A stretch of 64,000 nucleotides of DNA from Polyangiaceae bacterium. Lineage in GTDB: Bacteria > Myxococcota_A > Polyangia > Polyangiales > Polyangiaceae. Below the pieces are notes generated by a model. The model was given only the letters and a program-made list of their open reading frames with translations, was not told the origin of the DNA and did not search any database. The position numbers and the translations under genes were made by a program. Location of the stretch: the NCBI GenBank assembly GCA_033763455.1, contig JANRKO010000047.1, positions 64,001 to 128,000 on the forward strand, read 5' to 3'. The stretch's first letter is position 1; each line of letters starts with the position of its first letter. This document shows positions 39,319 to 49,529 of this stretch, one piece after another.

Positions 39319-40985
39319 GGCGCACCTCCGGGATTGCGCACGTAGGGAGCGCGGTAGCGAAAGGCATCTGAGAGGGCAATCTTCACCAATACCTCCGGAA
39401 GAGCTCCTGTTTGCCGAAAGTCCTGCTGAATCGGGGCCAAACTGCACAGATCCGCCGCCGTTTCCGATCTGCCCGCAGCGTAACGCCACCATTGGGTGAC
39501 CAAGCAATCCCGAGCGCTTGTGCTCGACGAAATGCGTGCGGCAAGCTCCTTCGGGCCGACAAACGGGCCATTGAGGCCTTCCTCGGCGAAGCCATTCATG
39601 GCGCCAGTAGAATCCACGGGCAGGCCATTTTCCTGAGTTCGGAAGCGCCCGAGTTGGTCGTAATTTTCGAAACCAAAGCCAAGTGGGTCGATCAAGGTGT
39701 GACACGCAGCGCATGTCGCGCTCGCGGTATGCTGCTTGAAGCGTTCACGCGTAGTTGCTTTGGGATCGGGATCCGGAGCTACGGCATTCAGGTTTGGGGG
39801 TGGCGGCGGAACATCGCTACACAGGAAATGTTCACGCACAAAGACGCCGCGAAAAACGGGCGCGGTTTGATTCGGGTGGGCCAACGCGACCATCAGCGCG
39901 GGCTGAGTGAGCAGGCCAAAACGCTGCTCGGGCTCGGGGAAGGCGGTGAACCCATCCGTTGTGGGCGTGTGCCCGAAAACGGGGCCAAGCTGCTTATCCA
40001 AAAACAGCTCATTGGAGTTAAAGAGGCTGTCGAACGTGCCCTTTTCCCAGAACATGGAATCGGTGAACGCCTGGAGCGAGCTCGCGAGCAGGGTACCGAA
40101 GTTCGCTGGCAGCGACAGCACCGGATCTTCCCGAACGATGCGCCCCAGCTCACCCGTACCCAACCACTGACCGTGAAAATTTGCGACCATCGCACGCGCG
40201 CGAGGTTGTTGGAGGAGGCGACGCACCTGTGCTTCCACGGCTAAAGGAGTGCTCAGGGCATCCGAAGATGCGGCCTGCAAGAGCTCCGGATCTGGGGCGC
40301 TATCGGTGAGAAAGTAGCTAAGGCGAGTGGCCATCTCGTACGGGCCGAGCAAAGCCGGTGCACTTTCGACGGCTTTTGGACGCACGCTCTCGATGCGATA
40401 CAGAAACTGGGGCGACTGAAGCATCGCCTGAAGCACCACCGAAACTGCATTTGCATACGAATCCGTAGCGAGTGTTGCCGCAAAAAGCCTGCTAAAAACC
40501 TGCTCTTCTTCAAGGGTAAGTGGACGCCGAAAGAGCCTTTCGCCAACCGTGCGAATGAAAGCAGCACCGCATTCGACCGTTGCACCGGTGGGGCACGGCG
40601 CGATTTCATCTAGCTTGGCGCTCACCGTGCGCGCGGCGATGCCCTCGGCCGCGTTCAGCATTTCTGAAACCAAAAGCGGCGACGCTTGGTGGGCCTCGGC
40701 ATTGTTGTTAAAGCCCAGCATCTGATTTTCCGGGGGAAACGCAGCCGCGGGGTGACTCGTGTCCCCCAAGATGTCCGCCACGCTGTTCTCATACGCACTG
40801 CGTGTGAGCAAACGTGCGGGCGCTTCGCCCGGAACGGGCCCCACTTGGCAATCCACCTGCGAGAGCACCTGGGGCTCTGTTGGAAGCGGCTCTTCGGGTG
40901 GTGGAGCCTCAGTTTGGCACCCCGCCGCAAGCCCCGAGAGGAGGCTCAAGAGGGAAACCAAAAGCGGTGCCGACGGCCGACTCAT
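39315..40985 (-). CDS. DUF1592/DUF1588-family (PSD/PSCyt) lipoprotein with CxxCH
   Basis: RLLTR..Y.N, LQSPQFLY, A.RLSYFL...PD, PVFRG.FVR..LC, CAACH..IDPLGF.FENYD..GR. Confidence 0.88.
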   Translation of the reverse strand: MSRPSAPLLVSLLSLLSGLAAGCQTEAPPPEEPLPTEPQVLSQVDCQVGPVPGEAPARLLTRSAYENSVADILGDTSHPAAAFPPENQMLGFNNNAEAHQASPLLVSEMLNAAEGIAARTVSAKLDEIAPCPTGATVECGAAFIRTVGERLFRRPLTLEEEQVFSRLFAATLATDSYANAVSVVLQAMLQSPQFLYRIESVRPKAVESAPALLGPYEMATRLSYFLTDSAPDPELLQAASSDALSTPLAVEAQVRRLLQQPRARAMVANFHGQWLGTGELGRIVREDPVLSLPANFGTLLASSLQAFTDSMFWEKGTFDSLFNSNELFLDKQLGPVFGHTPTTDGFTAFPEPEQRFGLLTQPALMVALAHPNQTAPVFRGVFVREHFLCSDVPPPPPNLNAVAPDPDPKATTRERFKQHTASATCAACHTLIDPLGFGFENYDQLGRFRTQENGLPVDSTGAMNGFAEEGLNGPFVGPKELAARISSSTSARDCLVTQWWRYAAGRSETAADLCSLAPIQQDFRQTGALPEVLVKIALSDAFRYRAPYVRNPGGAP

Positions 40986-41106
40986 GCAAGCTCAGGGTGC
41001 ACTCTGAACGGCGTCCGGTCAACGAAACGAAGCGCCAAATAAGTGACGCAGTGGGGGGCGTCAGCACCGGCGCCTTCACCGAACGCGGTACCCCCTTAGA
41101 AAGGCT

Positions 41107-43755
41107 TCAAGCCACGATCAGGTTCAAGATCCGCCCGGGAACGTAGATGAGCTTCTTGGGGGACTTCCCCGCCAGCAGCTTCTGGATGGTCTCGTCAGCT
41201 AGGGCTAGGGCCTGCGCTTGGGCCTCGGTAGCGTCCGCCGGCAGGCGGACGCGGCTCCGCACCTTGCCGTTAACTTGAACTGGCATCTCAACTTCCGCGT
41301 CCACGCACAGAGCTTCGTCATAGGTGGGCCAGGTGGCACTAGCGAGCGAACCCGTATAGCCGAGCTTCTCATAGAGCTCCTCGCCCAGGTGGGGAGCGAA
41401 CGGAGACATGCACAAAACGAGCTTTTCTACAGCTTCACGGCTGGGGCGGGCCTGGGCCCCGAGGAATTTCACCAACTCCATCATGAACGCAATCGCTGTA
41501 TTGAAGCGCAGCGCTTCGACATGTTCGGTGACTCGCTTGACCGTGCGGTGGACTTCCTTAGCCGTTTCTGGGTTCATGGGTGCATCTGAAAGCTCACGGG
41601 TAGCCAAGGCGTGCACCCTATCGAGAAAGCGCCTACAGCCCAGAATTCCGCTGGTTTGCCAGGGTTTGGACTGTTCCAGGGGCCCCATGAACATCTCGTA
41701 AACGCGCAAGCTATCGGCGCCCTGCTCTTGGATGGCAACATCGGGATTGACCACATTGCCCCGAGATTTGCTCATCTTTTCGGCCATCCCGAAAAGGGCC
41801 ACCCCGTGCTCGGTGTGGAAGGGCTTGCCGTCTTTGAGCGTGATCTTGCTCTCAATTTCGTAGCGGGCTTCTACTCGCTCGCCGCTTGGCGTGTACTTTA
41901 AGCCTTCGCCCGAGGGTTCGACGCCCGGATCATCCCCGGCGAGCGCGCGCACCAGGGCTCCATTTTCATCGAGTACGGCGTACCAACGATAGACCATGCC
42001 CAAGATCAGACCTTGGTGCACCAGCTTGGTGAAGGGCTCGGCGTGTTTGACGACGCCAATATCAAAGAGCACTTTGTGCCAAAAACGTGCGTACATCAGG
42101 TGCAAAACCGCGTGTTCCGAGCCGCCCACGTAAAGATCGACCGGCATCCAAGCGTCGTACGCAGCCTCGCTGAAGATCTCTTTTTCGTTTTTAGGATCGA
42201 GGTACCGCAAGTAATACCAGCAGGAGCCAGCCCACTGCGGCATCGTGTTCGTTTCACGCGCGAACCATTTTCCGTCTTTTTGGAAAAAGCGCCAATCCGT
42301 GGCTTTAGCGAGCGGGCCCGCAGGATCTCCCGGCTTATAGTCTTCGAGCTCCGGGAGCCGCAGCGGCAATTCGCTTTCGTCGAGCGGTATCGGCTCCGAA
42401 TAGTCAATCTCAAATTCTGCGCCGCGACGCGGATCCCCCGAGGTTTTTACCGGAAAATAGATGGGAATGGGCTCACCCCAGTAGCGCTGGCGGCTGAATA
42501 CCCAGTCGCGCAATTTGTAATTAACCTGGCGTTTTCCGATCCCCTGTGCTTCAAGGTGGTCTAAGATTTTCGCCTTCATCTCTTCGGTGGGCAGGCCAGA
42601 ATGGGGGCCACTCTGAACGCTGATGCCCGGCTCGGTGAAAGCGCTAGCCGAGTGCTCAGGTATCGTGCCCTCGCGGCTCACCACCGTGAGGATCGGCAAA
42701 TCAAAAGCCTGAGCAAACTCGAAATCTCGATCGTCGTGGGCTGGCACCGCCATGATGGCGCCCGTGCCGTAGGAGCCCAATACGTAATCAGCCGTGTAGA
42801 TCGGGATCTGCGTCAAAGAGAGCGGGTTAATCGCATAAGCACCGGTAAAAACGCCCGTTTTGGCCTTACCGAGCGCCGTACGCTCAAGGTCGCTCTTGCG
42901 AGCCGTGGCGTTTGCATATTGAGTCACCGCCTCGCGTTGCGCCTCAGAGCAAAGCGTTAAGGTGAGACGATGATCGGGCGCTATTACCATGTAAGTGGCG
43001 CCGTACAGCGTATCGGGGCGCGTGGTAAAAACGCGGAGCTTTTCCCTAGAGCCCACCACCTGAAAATCCACTTCCGCCCCAACGCTGCGGCCGATCCAAT
43101 CCCGCTGTTTTTGCTTGGTTTCAGGCCAATCCAGGGGTTCGAGGTCGCTCGCTAACCTATCGGCATAGGCCGTAATTCGGAGCTGCCACTGGCGCAACGG
43201 TTGACGCACCACCGGATGGCCGCCCACTTCGCTGACGCCGTCGACAACCTCCTCATTGGAGAGCACCGTGCCGAGCTCGGGACACCAATTTACGGGGATT
43301 TTAGCCTGAAACGCCAACCCCTTCTTGAACAGCTGAAGGAAAATCCACTGCGTCCAGCGCACGTAGCTGGGGTCGGTAGTGTCGACTTCGCGATCCCAAT
43401 CGATGCTAAAGCCTAGTGATTTTAGCTGGCGTCGAAAGGTATGAATATTTTCGGCGGTGGTTTTAGCGGGGTGTGTGCCCGTGCGAATGGCGTGTTGCTC
43501 GGCAGGCAGCCCAAACGCATCCCAGCCCATGGGGTGCAACACATCGAAACCGCGCATGCGCTTATAGCGCGCTAGGATATCTGTGGCTGTGTAGCCCTCG
43601 GGGTGGCCCACATGCAGCCCTGAGCCCGAAGGATAAGGGAACATATCCAGCACGTAGAACTTTGGGTGCCCCGCGCGGCGCTCGGCCCGAAAGCTCTTGT
43701 GTTCGTCCCAATATGTCTGCCAGCGCTGTTCAACCGCCCGGTGATCGTAAGCCAT
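41107..43755 (-). CDS. leuS: Leucine--tRNA ligase
   Basis: MFPYPSG..LHVGH (HIGH), GWDAFGLPAE, FTTRPDT, GTGAIMAVPAHD, KMSKS, VQVNGKVR. Confidence 0.97.
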   Translation of the reverse strand: MAYDHRAVEQRWQTYWDEHKSFRAERRAGHPKFYVLDMFPYPSGSGLHVGHPEGYTATDILARYKRMRGFDVLHPMGWDAFGLPAEQHAIRTGTHPAKTTAENIHTFRRQLKSLGFSIDWDREVDTTDPSYVRWTQWIFLQLFKKGLAFQAKIPVNWCPELGTVLSNEEVVDGVSEVGGHPVVRQPLRQWQLRITAYADRLASDLEPLDWPETKQKQRDWIGRSVGAEVDFQVVGSREKLRVFTTRPDTLYGATYMVIAPDHRLTLTLCSEAQREAVTQYANATARKSDLERTALGKAKTGVFTGAYAINPLSLTQIPIYTADYVLGSYGTGAIMAVPAHDDRDFEFAQAFDLPILTVVSREGTIPEHSASAFTEPGISVQSGPHSGLPTEEMKAKILDHLEAQGIGKRQVNYKLRDWVFSRQRYWGEPIPIYFPVKTSGDPRRGAEFEIDYSEPIPLDESELPLRLPELEDYKPGDPAGPLAKATDWRFFQKDGKWFARETNTMPQWAGSCWYYLRYLDPKNEKEIFSEAAYDAWMPVDLYVGGSEHAVLHLMYARFWHKVLFDIGVVKHAEPFTKLVHQGLILGMVYRWYAVLDENGALVRALAGDDPGVEPSGEGLKYTPSGERVEARYEIESKITLKDGKPFHTEHGVALFGMAEKMSKSRGNVVNPDVAIQEQGADSLRVYEMFMGPLEQSKPWQTSGILGCRRFLDRVHALATRELSDAPMNPETAKEVHRTVKRVTEHVEALRFNTAIAFMMELVKFLGAQARPSREAVEKLVLCMSPFAPHLGEELYEKLGYTGSLASATWPTYDEALCVDAEVEMPVQVNGKVRSRVRLPADATEAQAQALALADETIQKLLAGKSPKKLIYVPGRILNLIVA

Positions 43756-43788
43756 AAGGTTAGTGACCATACAGGCGGTTGCCTGCGG

Positions 43789-43886
43789 GCAACAAGCGGG
43801 CGCGGCAACAAGCGGGCGCGGCGACACACGAAAACGCGCGGCGACAAGCGACAACGCGCGGCGACACACGCGGCGGGCGCCGACAC
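43789..43886. repeat. Degenerate 16-20 bp tandem repeats (GCRACA...CGCG)
   Basis: GCAACAAGCGGGCGCG x2, followed by GCGACA...AACGCGCG units. Confidence 0.7.
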
Positions 43887-44033
43887 TTCGGGGTTCGGCT
43901 CGGACAGGCCACTGCGCCCAAGCCTTTGAACGACGGGGGCGAGGGGTTCACACGTACCCGCGAGATACTTCGCATGCTAAGTATCCGTTTTTCCGCCCTG
44001 CCCTCACTCCTCACTCGGCGCTGCGCCCCCGAA

Positions 44034-44073
44034 TACACCCGAATCAAGCTCTACACCCGAATCAGGCTCTACA
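44034..44073. repeat. 18-bp tandem repeat TACACCCGAATCA(A/G)GCTC x2
   Basis: Read directly. Confidence 0.85.
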
Positions 44074-44156
44074 ATTAAGAGGCTTTAGCGGCGGGGAGGG
44101 GGTCCCCACATTATTTGCGATACTTAGCATGCTAAGTATCGCCTCTGCTGCTCGAA

Positions 44157-44248
44157 CGCCCTTGCCCAACCTGCGCCTTTGCCCAACCGGGTGCGCCTTT
44201 GCCCAACCGGGTGCGCCCTTGCCCAACCGGGTGTGCCTTTGCGCCAAC
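44157..44248. repeat. 20-bp tandem repeat GCCCAACCGGGTGCGCCTTT, 3 full copies plus partials
   Basis: Read directly. Confidence 0.9.
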
Positions 44249-44350
44249 ATGCCGCGCAACAACGCTCACGTTCAGTGCTCGGCCCTCGCGCCATCATATA
44301 CTTAGCATGCGAGCATGCGAAGTATCTCTCCCCCGGCTGGCTCGTTACCG

Positions 44351-45625
44351 CTAGGAACGCTTGGTTGTTTTGGATCTGTGTTGGGCGCGCTCCACTTTGC
44401 GGCTGAGGCGCGAGACGCGGCGAGATTGGGCCTCGGCTGCCTCGGAGGTACCCAAAAGTGCCAAATTGAGCGCTTTTAGTGGCTCTTTTGCGTAGTGCTC
44501 GTAAAGCTTGGAGAGCTCAAGGCGAGCCTGAGAATCATCCAGCTCCACCACCAACGTTTCGAAATCTGCGAGGGCTCGTGCACGATCGCCGCGCGCTTTA
44601 GCGATTTCGCCGCGCGCCCGAATGGCCTGTACGCCGGCACCTCGCTGCAAAGCGTGTTCGATGGCTTCGTCGGCGCGAGTTGCATCCCCTGCCCTGTGGA
44701 ACGTGCGTGCAAGCGCCACAAGATCCTGTTCATGCAGGCCCCCCAACGGCTCGCCGTACAGGCCCACCAACGCGGCCATACTCACGACATCGAACGCATT
44801 GTGCTCCACCACGTCACGCAGGGCCTCTTCATCCCCAGTTCGCAGAAAATGGCTATATCTGGCGGGAATATCCCCTCCTTGAATGTCCGGCCCACGCTCG
44901 AAACCCAAGATCTCACTCTCCAAAGTTGTTAACTTGCAGGCACCAAGGCGCGTGCGGTGCAAGCGGCGCGCCACGTGCAGAAGGTCGAGGTGGGGCCGCA
45001 CCGGCAACGAGGGCTCCCGATTCATCACGGCTCGGGTTGCCAACAAGGGCAAATCAAAGCTCTTTCCATTGTAAGAAACGAGCAACGAGGCCTGATGGAT
45101 GCGCTCGGCAACCACACGCAACCCCGCCTTTTCTTCGGCAGGGCTTCGAAGCAAGACCTGCTCCAAGCGAAGGCTTTCGCCTTCGAACCAGGCCATGCCG
45201 ATCAGAAAGGCGATGGCCCCCGAACCCCCAAGCCCTGTCGTTTCCGTGTCGATGTAGAGGGCACCTCGGGGATCTACGCCCGAAAGGCCTGGATCGAGCG
45301 CTAGCAGTGCCAAGAGGGCAGCGTTGGCGGCGTGGGCGGCGCTGGTTGGAATGCGTCCCACGTGGTGTGAAGGCGCCAATAGCTCCGAACGCCAGGAAAA
45401 TTCACCGAACTCCGTCGCCCTCACTACGAAGGGGAGCGTCGTCTCCCAAGCATTGCTCAACGGAGCGGGTTCCATCGGGAGAGCCCCCTGCTCCAAAAGC
45501 TTTGCCATACGAGCGCGGAGCTCGGCTAACGTCGTCTCTCGATTCGACGAATCAGGCTCAGGTGCAGACGCACGTTTTTCCCCCGACGGGGGCGGCAGCT
45601 GTCCAAGCTTACGACGCAGATCCAA
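44351..45625 (-). CDS. RNase_H_2/DEDDh exonuclease with C-terminal TPR (YprB/MrfB-like)
   Basis: YIDTETTGL, SYNGKSFDLP, DLLH.ARR, HNAFDV; TPR tail LSKLYEH. Confidence 0.85.
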   Translation of the reverse strand: MDLRRKLGQLPPPSGEKRASAPEPDSSNRETTLAELRARMAKLLEQGALPMEPAPLSNAWETTLPFVVRATEFGEFSWRSELLAPSHHVGRIPTSAAHAANAALLALLALDPGLSGVDPRGALYIDTETTGLGGSGAIAFLIGMAWFEGESLRLEQVLLRSPAEEKAGLRVVAERIHQASLLVSYNGKSFDLPLLATRAVMNREPSLPVRPHLDLLHVARRLHRTRLGACKLTTLESEILGFERGPDIQGGDIPARYSHFLRTGDEEALRDVVEHNAFDVVSMAALVGLYGEPLGGLHEQDLVALARTFHRAGDATRADEAIEHALQRGAGVQAIRARGEIAKARGDRARALADFETLVVELDDSQARLELSKLYEHYAKEPLKALNLALLGTSEAAEAQSRRVSRLSRKVERAQHRSKTTKRS

Positions 45626-45654
45626 GGGCTACCCAGCTGAAGGTCCTCGCGCGT

Positions 45655-46794
45655 TTACTGCGGGAAAGCAAGCGCTCTCGCTGGGGGCAGCGCAAAGGCG
45701 TGAAGGAAGTGTGAGTCATCCCCCAACAGAAGCAGTGAGCGGGAGGGATCATGGTCCGCCGCGCCGGGGACTTCAACCGACGCCATGAAGAGCACCCGCG
45801 TTTGGCAGGTATCCGAAATGGTCTGAATGCGGCCGTCTTCGGTCACCGTAACAATTTTTCCGGACGGCATGAGCACCTGCGCCGCTCCATCGCTGCCAAG
45901 CGCCAGCTGGGATGCCCCCAATTCGCCCAGATTTACTCGCGAAAGCTCCTGCCCAGAGCGACTCAACCAGACTACTTGAGCGCCCTCCAACACCGCTAGC
46001 CTGCCCCCGCGGGCCGCCAAGCCTGTTGCTCGAGGCCGCGTCCACTCAACGCCACCCTTCCCCACTGCCGCCATCCCCTCGGAGCTCTGAACCAACAACA
46101 AGCTCTCGTCAAAAACCGCGAGACGCTCCGCGGCACTCGGGAGCGAAACCGTGCGCAACTTGCGATCAACAGGCACCAACCAAAGCTCACGGCCAAGCCC
46201 CAGCGCAATTTCCTTGCCCCACACCACCGGTTCGGCCGTAATTTCGGCTGCAAGTGACACCCTCCAAATGGCCACTCCGTTCTTGGCCACGGCGTAGAGG
46301 CCGCGATTGGCATCGGCGAAATAGAGGTAGCCGCGTGCCCCGCGGAGCACAGGGCCGGACACTCCGGCTGGGAAATGCATGCGCCAGGCGGGCGACCCCT
46401 GAGCCGTGATAGCGTCCAGCGTACCGGCGGACGTTCCTACCACGCAGCGCTGGGACACCGGATCGACCACCACGCTGCCGCTCACCGCGCCCACCAAGGT
46501 GTAGCTCCACAGGTACTCACCCGTAGGCCGGAGCGCGTGCACGTAGCCTTCGTTGGTGCCGAAAAACAGACTACCTTCAGCTGTTGCAAATGGCTCACCT
46601 GCGAACGCAGCCCCCGCACCGAAGCGCCACTGCTCTCCGCGAAATGGCTCGCAGCTCGGAGTTGCTAACCGGTGGCTTGGCCCCGCTAGTGGCTTCAAAA
46701 CGTGCGCAGAAGGAACCTGTAAGCTTGCCGGTTCCTTCGCCACCGGTGCACAGCCGAGAACGGAGAGCGACAGAGCGGCCCCAAGAGCGCCCAT
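45655..46794 (-). CDS. PQQ-like beta-propeller lipoprotein (BamB-like)
   Basis: Repeated G..G.(V/L).AL...G...W blades; lipobox VLGC; start uncertain. Confidence 0.7.
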   Translation of the reverse strand: MGALGAALSLSVLGCAPVAKEPASLQVPSAHVLKPLAGPSHRLATPSCEPFRGEQWRFGAGAAFAGEPFATAEGSLFFGTNEGYVHALRPTGEYLWSYTLVGAVSGSVVVDPVSQRCVVGTSAGTLDAITAQGSPAWRMHFPAGVSGPVLRGARGYLYFADANRGLYAVAKNGVAIWRVSLAAEITAEPVVWGKEIALGLGRELWLVPVDRKLRTVSLPSAAERLAVFDESLLLVQSSEGMAAVGKGGVEWTRPRATGLAARGGRLAVLEGAQVVWLSRSGQELSRVNLGELGASQLALGSDGAAQVLMPSGKIVTVTEDGRIQTISDTCQTRVLFMASVEVPGAADHDPSRSLLLLGDDSHFLHAFALPPARALAFPQ

Positions 46795-46965
46795 AAAAGC
46801 CCTGCAAACTCTAGGAGTTGGGAAAGGTCTGGCGCGCACGCCCAAACCTTTTCGCCCGCGTCGGCCGTTGCGGCAAGGGGCCGGCAATGCGCCCCACCTG
46901 AAAACGACGCACGACACTGCTGCTGGGGGCGTGCATCTTCGTGCGGAGACCTCTAAGATGCCCGT

Positions 46966-47601
46966 GTGGCGCTCCGGGTTTTTGGACTCACGGGTGGGAT
47001 TGGCTCGGGGAAATCGAGCGTGGCGGCGATTTGGCGCGAACACGGGCTGCCAGTGGTGGACGCGGACGTATTGGCTCGCGCTGCGGTCGCGAAAGGGTCG
47101 AGGGCCCTGTCGGCGATCTTGGCTGAATTCGGTCAGGAATATTTGGGGCCCGACGGCGAGCTCGATAGGCGGCGCCTTGCGGAGCGCATATTTGGGGACA
47201 CCGCAGCCACAGCCCGCTTAAACGCCATCGTGCACCCGGAAGTTCGGAGGCTCTCACAATTGAAGTTTGCGGAGCTTGCCCAAACAGATCACCCCCTCGC
47301 CTGCTACGAAGTGCCTCTGCTATTTGAGAATGGACTGGAGTCAACCCTTCGGCCCGTGGTCGTAGTGAATTGCTCCAGCACCGAGCAGCTCAAACGGGCG
47401 ATGGCCCGCGACGGGAGCCCCGCTTCGAGTGTTGCACGGAGGCTACAGGCGCAGTGGCCCTTGGCAGAAAAAGTCGCGCGTGCGGACGTGGTGATCGACA
47501 ACAATGGAAGCCCTTCAGAGCTCCGCGCGCTGGCGTTGCGGGCCCTGGGCGAGGTTTGCCGCAAGGTGGAGTGCGATGCTACGCGCTACCAGCTCGTCTA
47601 A
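46966..47601 (+). CDS. coaE: Dephospho-CoA kinase
   Basis: [37 protein letters not shown]. Confidence 0.95.
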   Translation: MALRVFGLTGGIGSGKSSVAAIWREHGLPVVDADVLARAAVAKGSRALSAILAEFGQEYLGPDGELDRRRLAERIFGDTAATARLNAIVHPEVRRLSQLKFAELAQTDHPLACYEVPLLFENGLESTLRPVVVVNCSSTEQLKRAMARDGSPASSVARRLQAQWPLAEKVARADVVIDNNGSPSELRALALRALGEVCRKVECDATRYQLV

Positions 47602-48436
47602 ATGCAGCTTGCACCGTGTTTTCAAGCAACATCGCGATGGTCATGGGCCCAACACCGCCGGGCACCGGCGTGATCGCTCGTGCCAGTGGCTCCACCTGAG
47701 CAAAGTCCACATCGCCACACAATTTGCCGTTTTCGTCGCGATTCATGCCCACATCCAGCACCACAGCTCCCGGTTTCACGAACTCCGCGGTAATGAATTT
47801 GGCCCTCCCGATTGCCGCAACCAAGATGTCCGCCTCACGGCAACGAGCAGCGAGCTCCGCTGTTTTTGAATGAGCGATAGTGACGGTGGCATTTTCTTGC
47901 AAGAGTAGCGCCGCCATAGGTTTCCCAACAATATTACTGCGCCCCACCACCACCGCGCGCGCGCCTGCTAGCGATACGTTGGCCTCCTTGAGCAAGCGAA
48001 TGCAGCCACGCGGCGTGCAGGGCACCAGGCCGGGCTGCCCCGTCCAAAGGGCGTGCACATTGGCTGCGTGAAACCCATCCACGTCCTTGCACGGATCGAT
48101 AGCGTGGAGGATTTGCGCTGCCGGAACCCCCTCAGGCAGGGGCAGTTGGACCAAGATGCCATCCACTTCAAGGTCACGGTTCAGCTGAGCCACCAGATCC
48201 AGGATCTCCCGTTCAGTGACAGTTTTGGGGAGCCGATGGACCCGACCCCTCATTCCCACCTCTTCGGCGGCTTTCTCTTTGTTTCGGACGTACACCGCCG
48301 ACGCCGGATCCTCCCCCGCAAGAACCACATCTAGCCCCGGAGCGCGACCAAACCGGTCCCGAAAGCGCGCCACTTCTCGGGAGACTTCCGTGCGCACCTT
48401 CTGGGCTACGGCTTTTCCATCCATCAACATCGCCAT
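47579..48436 (-). CDS. folD: Methylenetetrahydrofolate dehydrogenase/cyclohydrolase
   Basis: [46 protein letters not shown]. Confidence 0.97.
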   Translation of the reverse strand: MAMLMDGKAVAQKVRTEVSREVARFRDRFGRAPGLDVVLAGEDPASAVYVRNKEKAAEEVGMRGRVHRLPKTVTEREILDLVAQLNRDLEVDGILVQLPLPEGVPAAQILHAIDPCKDVDGFHAANVHALWTGQPGLVPCTPRGCIRLLKEANVSLAGARAVVVGRSNIVGKPMAALLLQENATVTIAHSKTAELAARCREADILVAAIGRAKFITAEFVKPGAVVLDVGMNRDENGKLCGDVDFAQVEPLARAITPVPGGVGPMTIAMLLENTVQAAFRRAGSA

Positions 48437-48524
48437 ACGCGGCGTTTAGCATTCGGCTTGCGGGGCGCCTAGAACAAAGCCGCCTCTGTTCGTACCTAGC
48501 CCAAGGGGCTAGGCTGCGGGTGCA

Positions 48525-49529
48525 ATGGATATCCTTGCTGGGATTTGCTTTGGTTTTCTTTTCTGGTTCCTCGCCCGTTACGGCATCGGCGGCTTCTACA
48601 CGATCGGGCCGAATGAGCGGGCGGTTCTGGCAACGTTCGGGAAGGCACAGCGCCTGGGTGATATGACCACCCTGCAAGATCCCATATCTATCCCGCTTCG
48701 CCCCGAAGAGCGCGAGCGCTACCTCTACCCTCAGGTGCGCGTGATCGGCCCTGGCTTCTATTGGAAGCTCCCTTGGCAAAGCCTCCACAAAGTCTCCATC
48801 GCAACGGTGACGCTCCCCATCGCCTACGATCCTGAAGATCCTTCTCTCAACCAGAACGGACAAATTCTGGAGGCGGTAACCAAGGACCAACTCAATACCG
48901 CGCTGAGCGGCCAGCTGCGTTACACCGTCGCGGAGAACAACCTCTACGCAGTGTTGTTCGGCGTGAAAAACCCAGTAGCCCATGTGATGGGATATTTCAT
49001 CTCCGTGCTCCGCGACCGAATTGCAAACTTCGAAGCCCCAAACGCTTCGGCTGCGTTGATTGACCCGCTCGCCGATACCAACGGAGTGGCGCAAGGCATC
49101 TCGATCAACGATTTACGGAAGAACTTGCGGGATTTAAACGAACGCATGGACGATGAGTGTGCCTCAGCCGCCGCCCGTTACGGAATTCGGCTCGACGCCG
49201 CTTTGATTACGGCTATTGATCCTCCGCAGGATGTTGATTCGGCCCTTGCCGCGATCAACACGGCGCACAACCATGTATCGAGCGAGATTAGCTTGGCTCA
49301 AGCCTCGGCGGATCAACGCATTGTCCAATCCAAGCGCGCCGTGGAGATCGAAACCCTGAATGCCCACGCTGAGGTTGAGCCGCTCTTGGCTCTCGCGACG
49401 CAGCTTCGAGAATTGGCAGGCTCGGGCGGCCCCGGAGCTATCTCCGCGTACGTGAGAAACGCGCGGTTGGCCTTACATAGGCGAGCAGGCCAGGTGGTGA
49501 TCAACGAAGTGGATGGGGTGGCCAAATGA
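48525..49529 (+). CDS. SPFH/Band 7 domain protein
   Basis: N-terminal TM, ERAVL..FG, AVTKDQ, YGI......I..IDPP..V..A; ATGA overlap with the next gene. Confidence 0.8.
   Translation: MDILAGICFGFLFWFLARYGIGGFYTIGPNERAVLATFGKAQRLGDMTTLQDPISIPLRPEERERYLYPQVRVIGPGFYWKLPWQSLHKVSIATVTLPIAYDPEDPSLNQNGQILEAVTKDQLNTALSGQLRYTVAENNLYAVLFGVKNPVAHVMGYFISVLRDRIANFEAPNASAALIDPLADTNGVAQGISINDLRKNLRDLNERMDDECASAAARYGIRLDAALITAIDPPQDVDSALAAINTAHNHVSSEISLAQASADQRIVQSKRAVEIETLNAHAEVEPLLALATQLRELAGSGGPGAISAYVRNARLALHRRAGQVVINEVDGVAK

Larger units (their letters stand above)
43962..44328. repeat. Stack of CATG-centred palindromes flanking two units bounded by CTAAGTAT...ATACTTAG (MITE/cassette-like)
   Basis: Sites at 43964-43985, 44117-44142 (perfect 26-bp palindrome) and 44298-44328; outer arms GAGATACTTCG/CGAAGTATCTC are perfect inverted repeats. 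Confidence 0.85.

Noticed and set aside
43756..43960. T-box or attenuator leader for leuS
   Set aside because: No T-box sequence or Leu-rich leader peptide recognised.
43962..44328. CRISPR array
   Set aside because: Only three repeats, spacers of about 130-155 bp that contain minisatellites, and no cas genes or leader.
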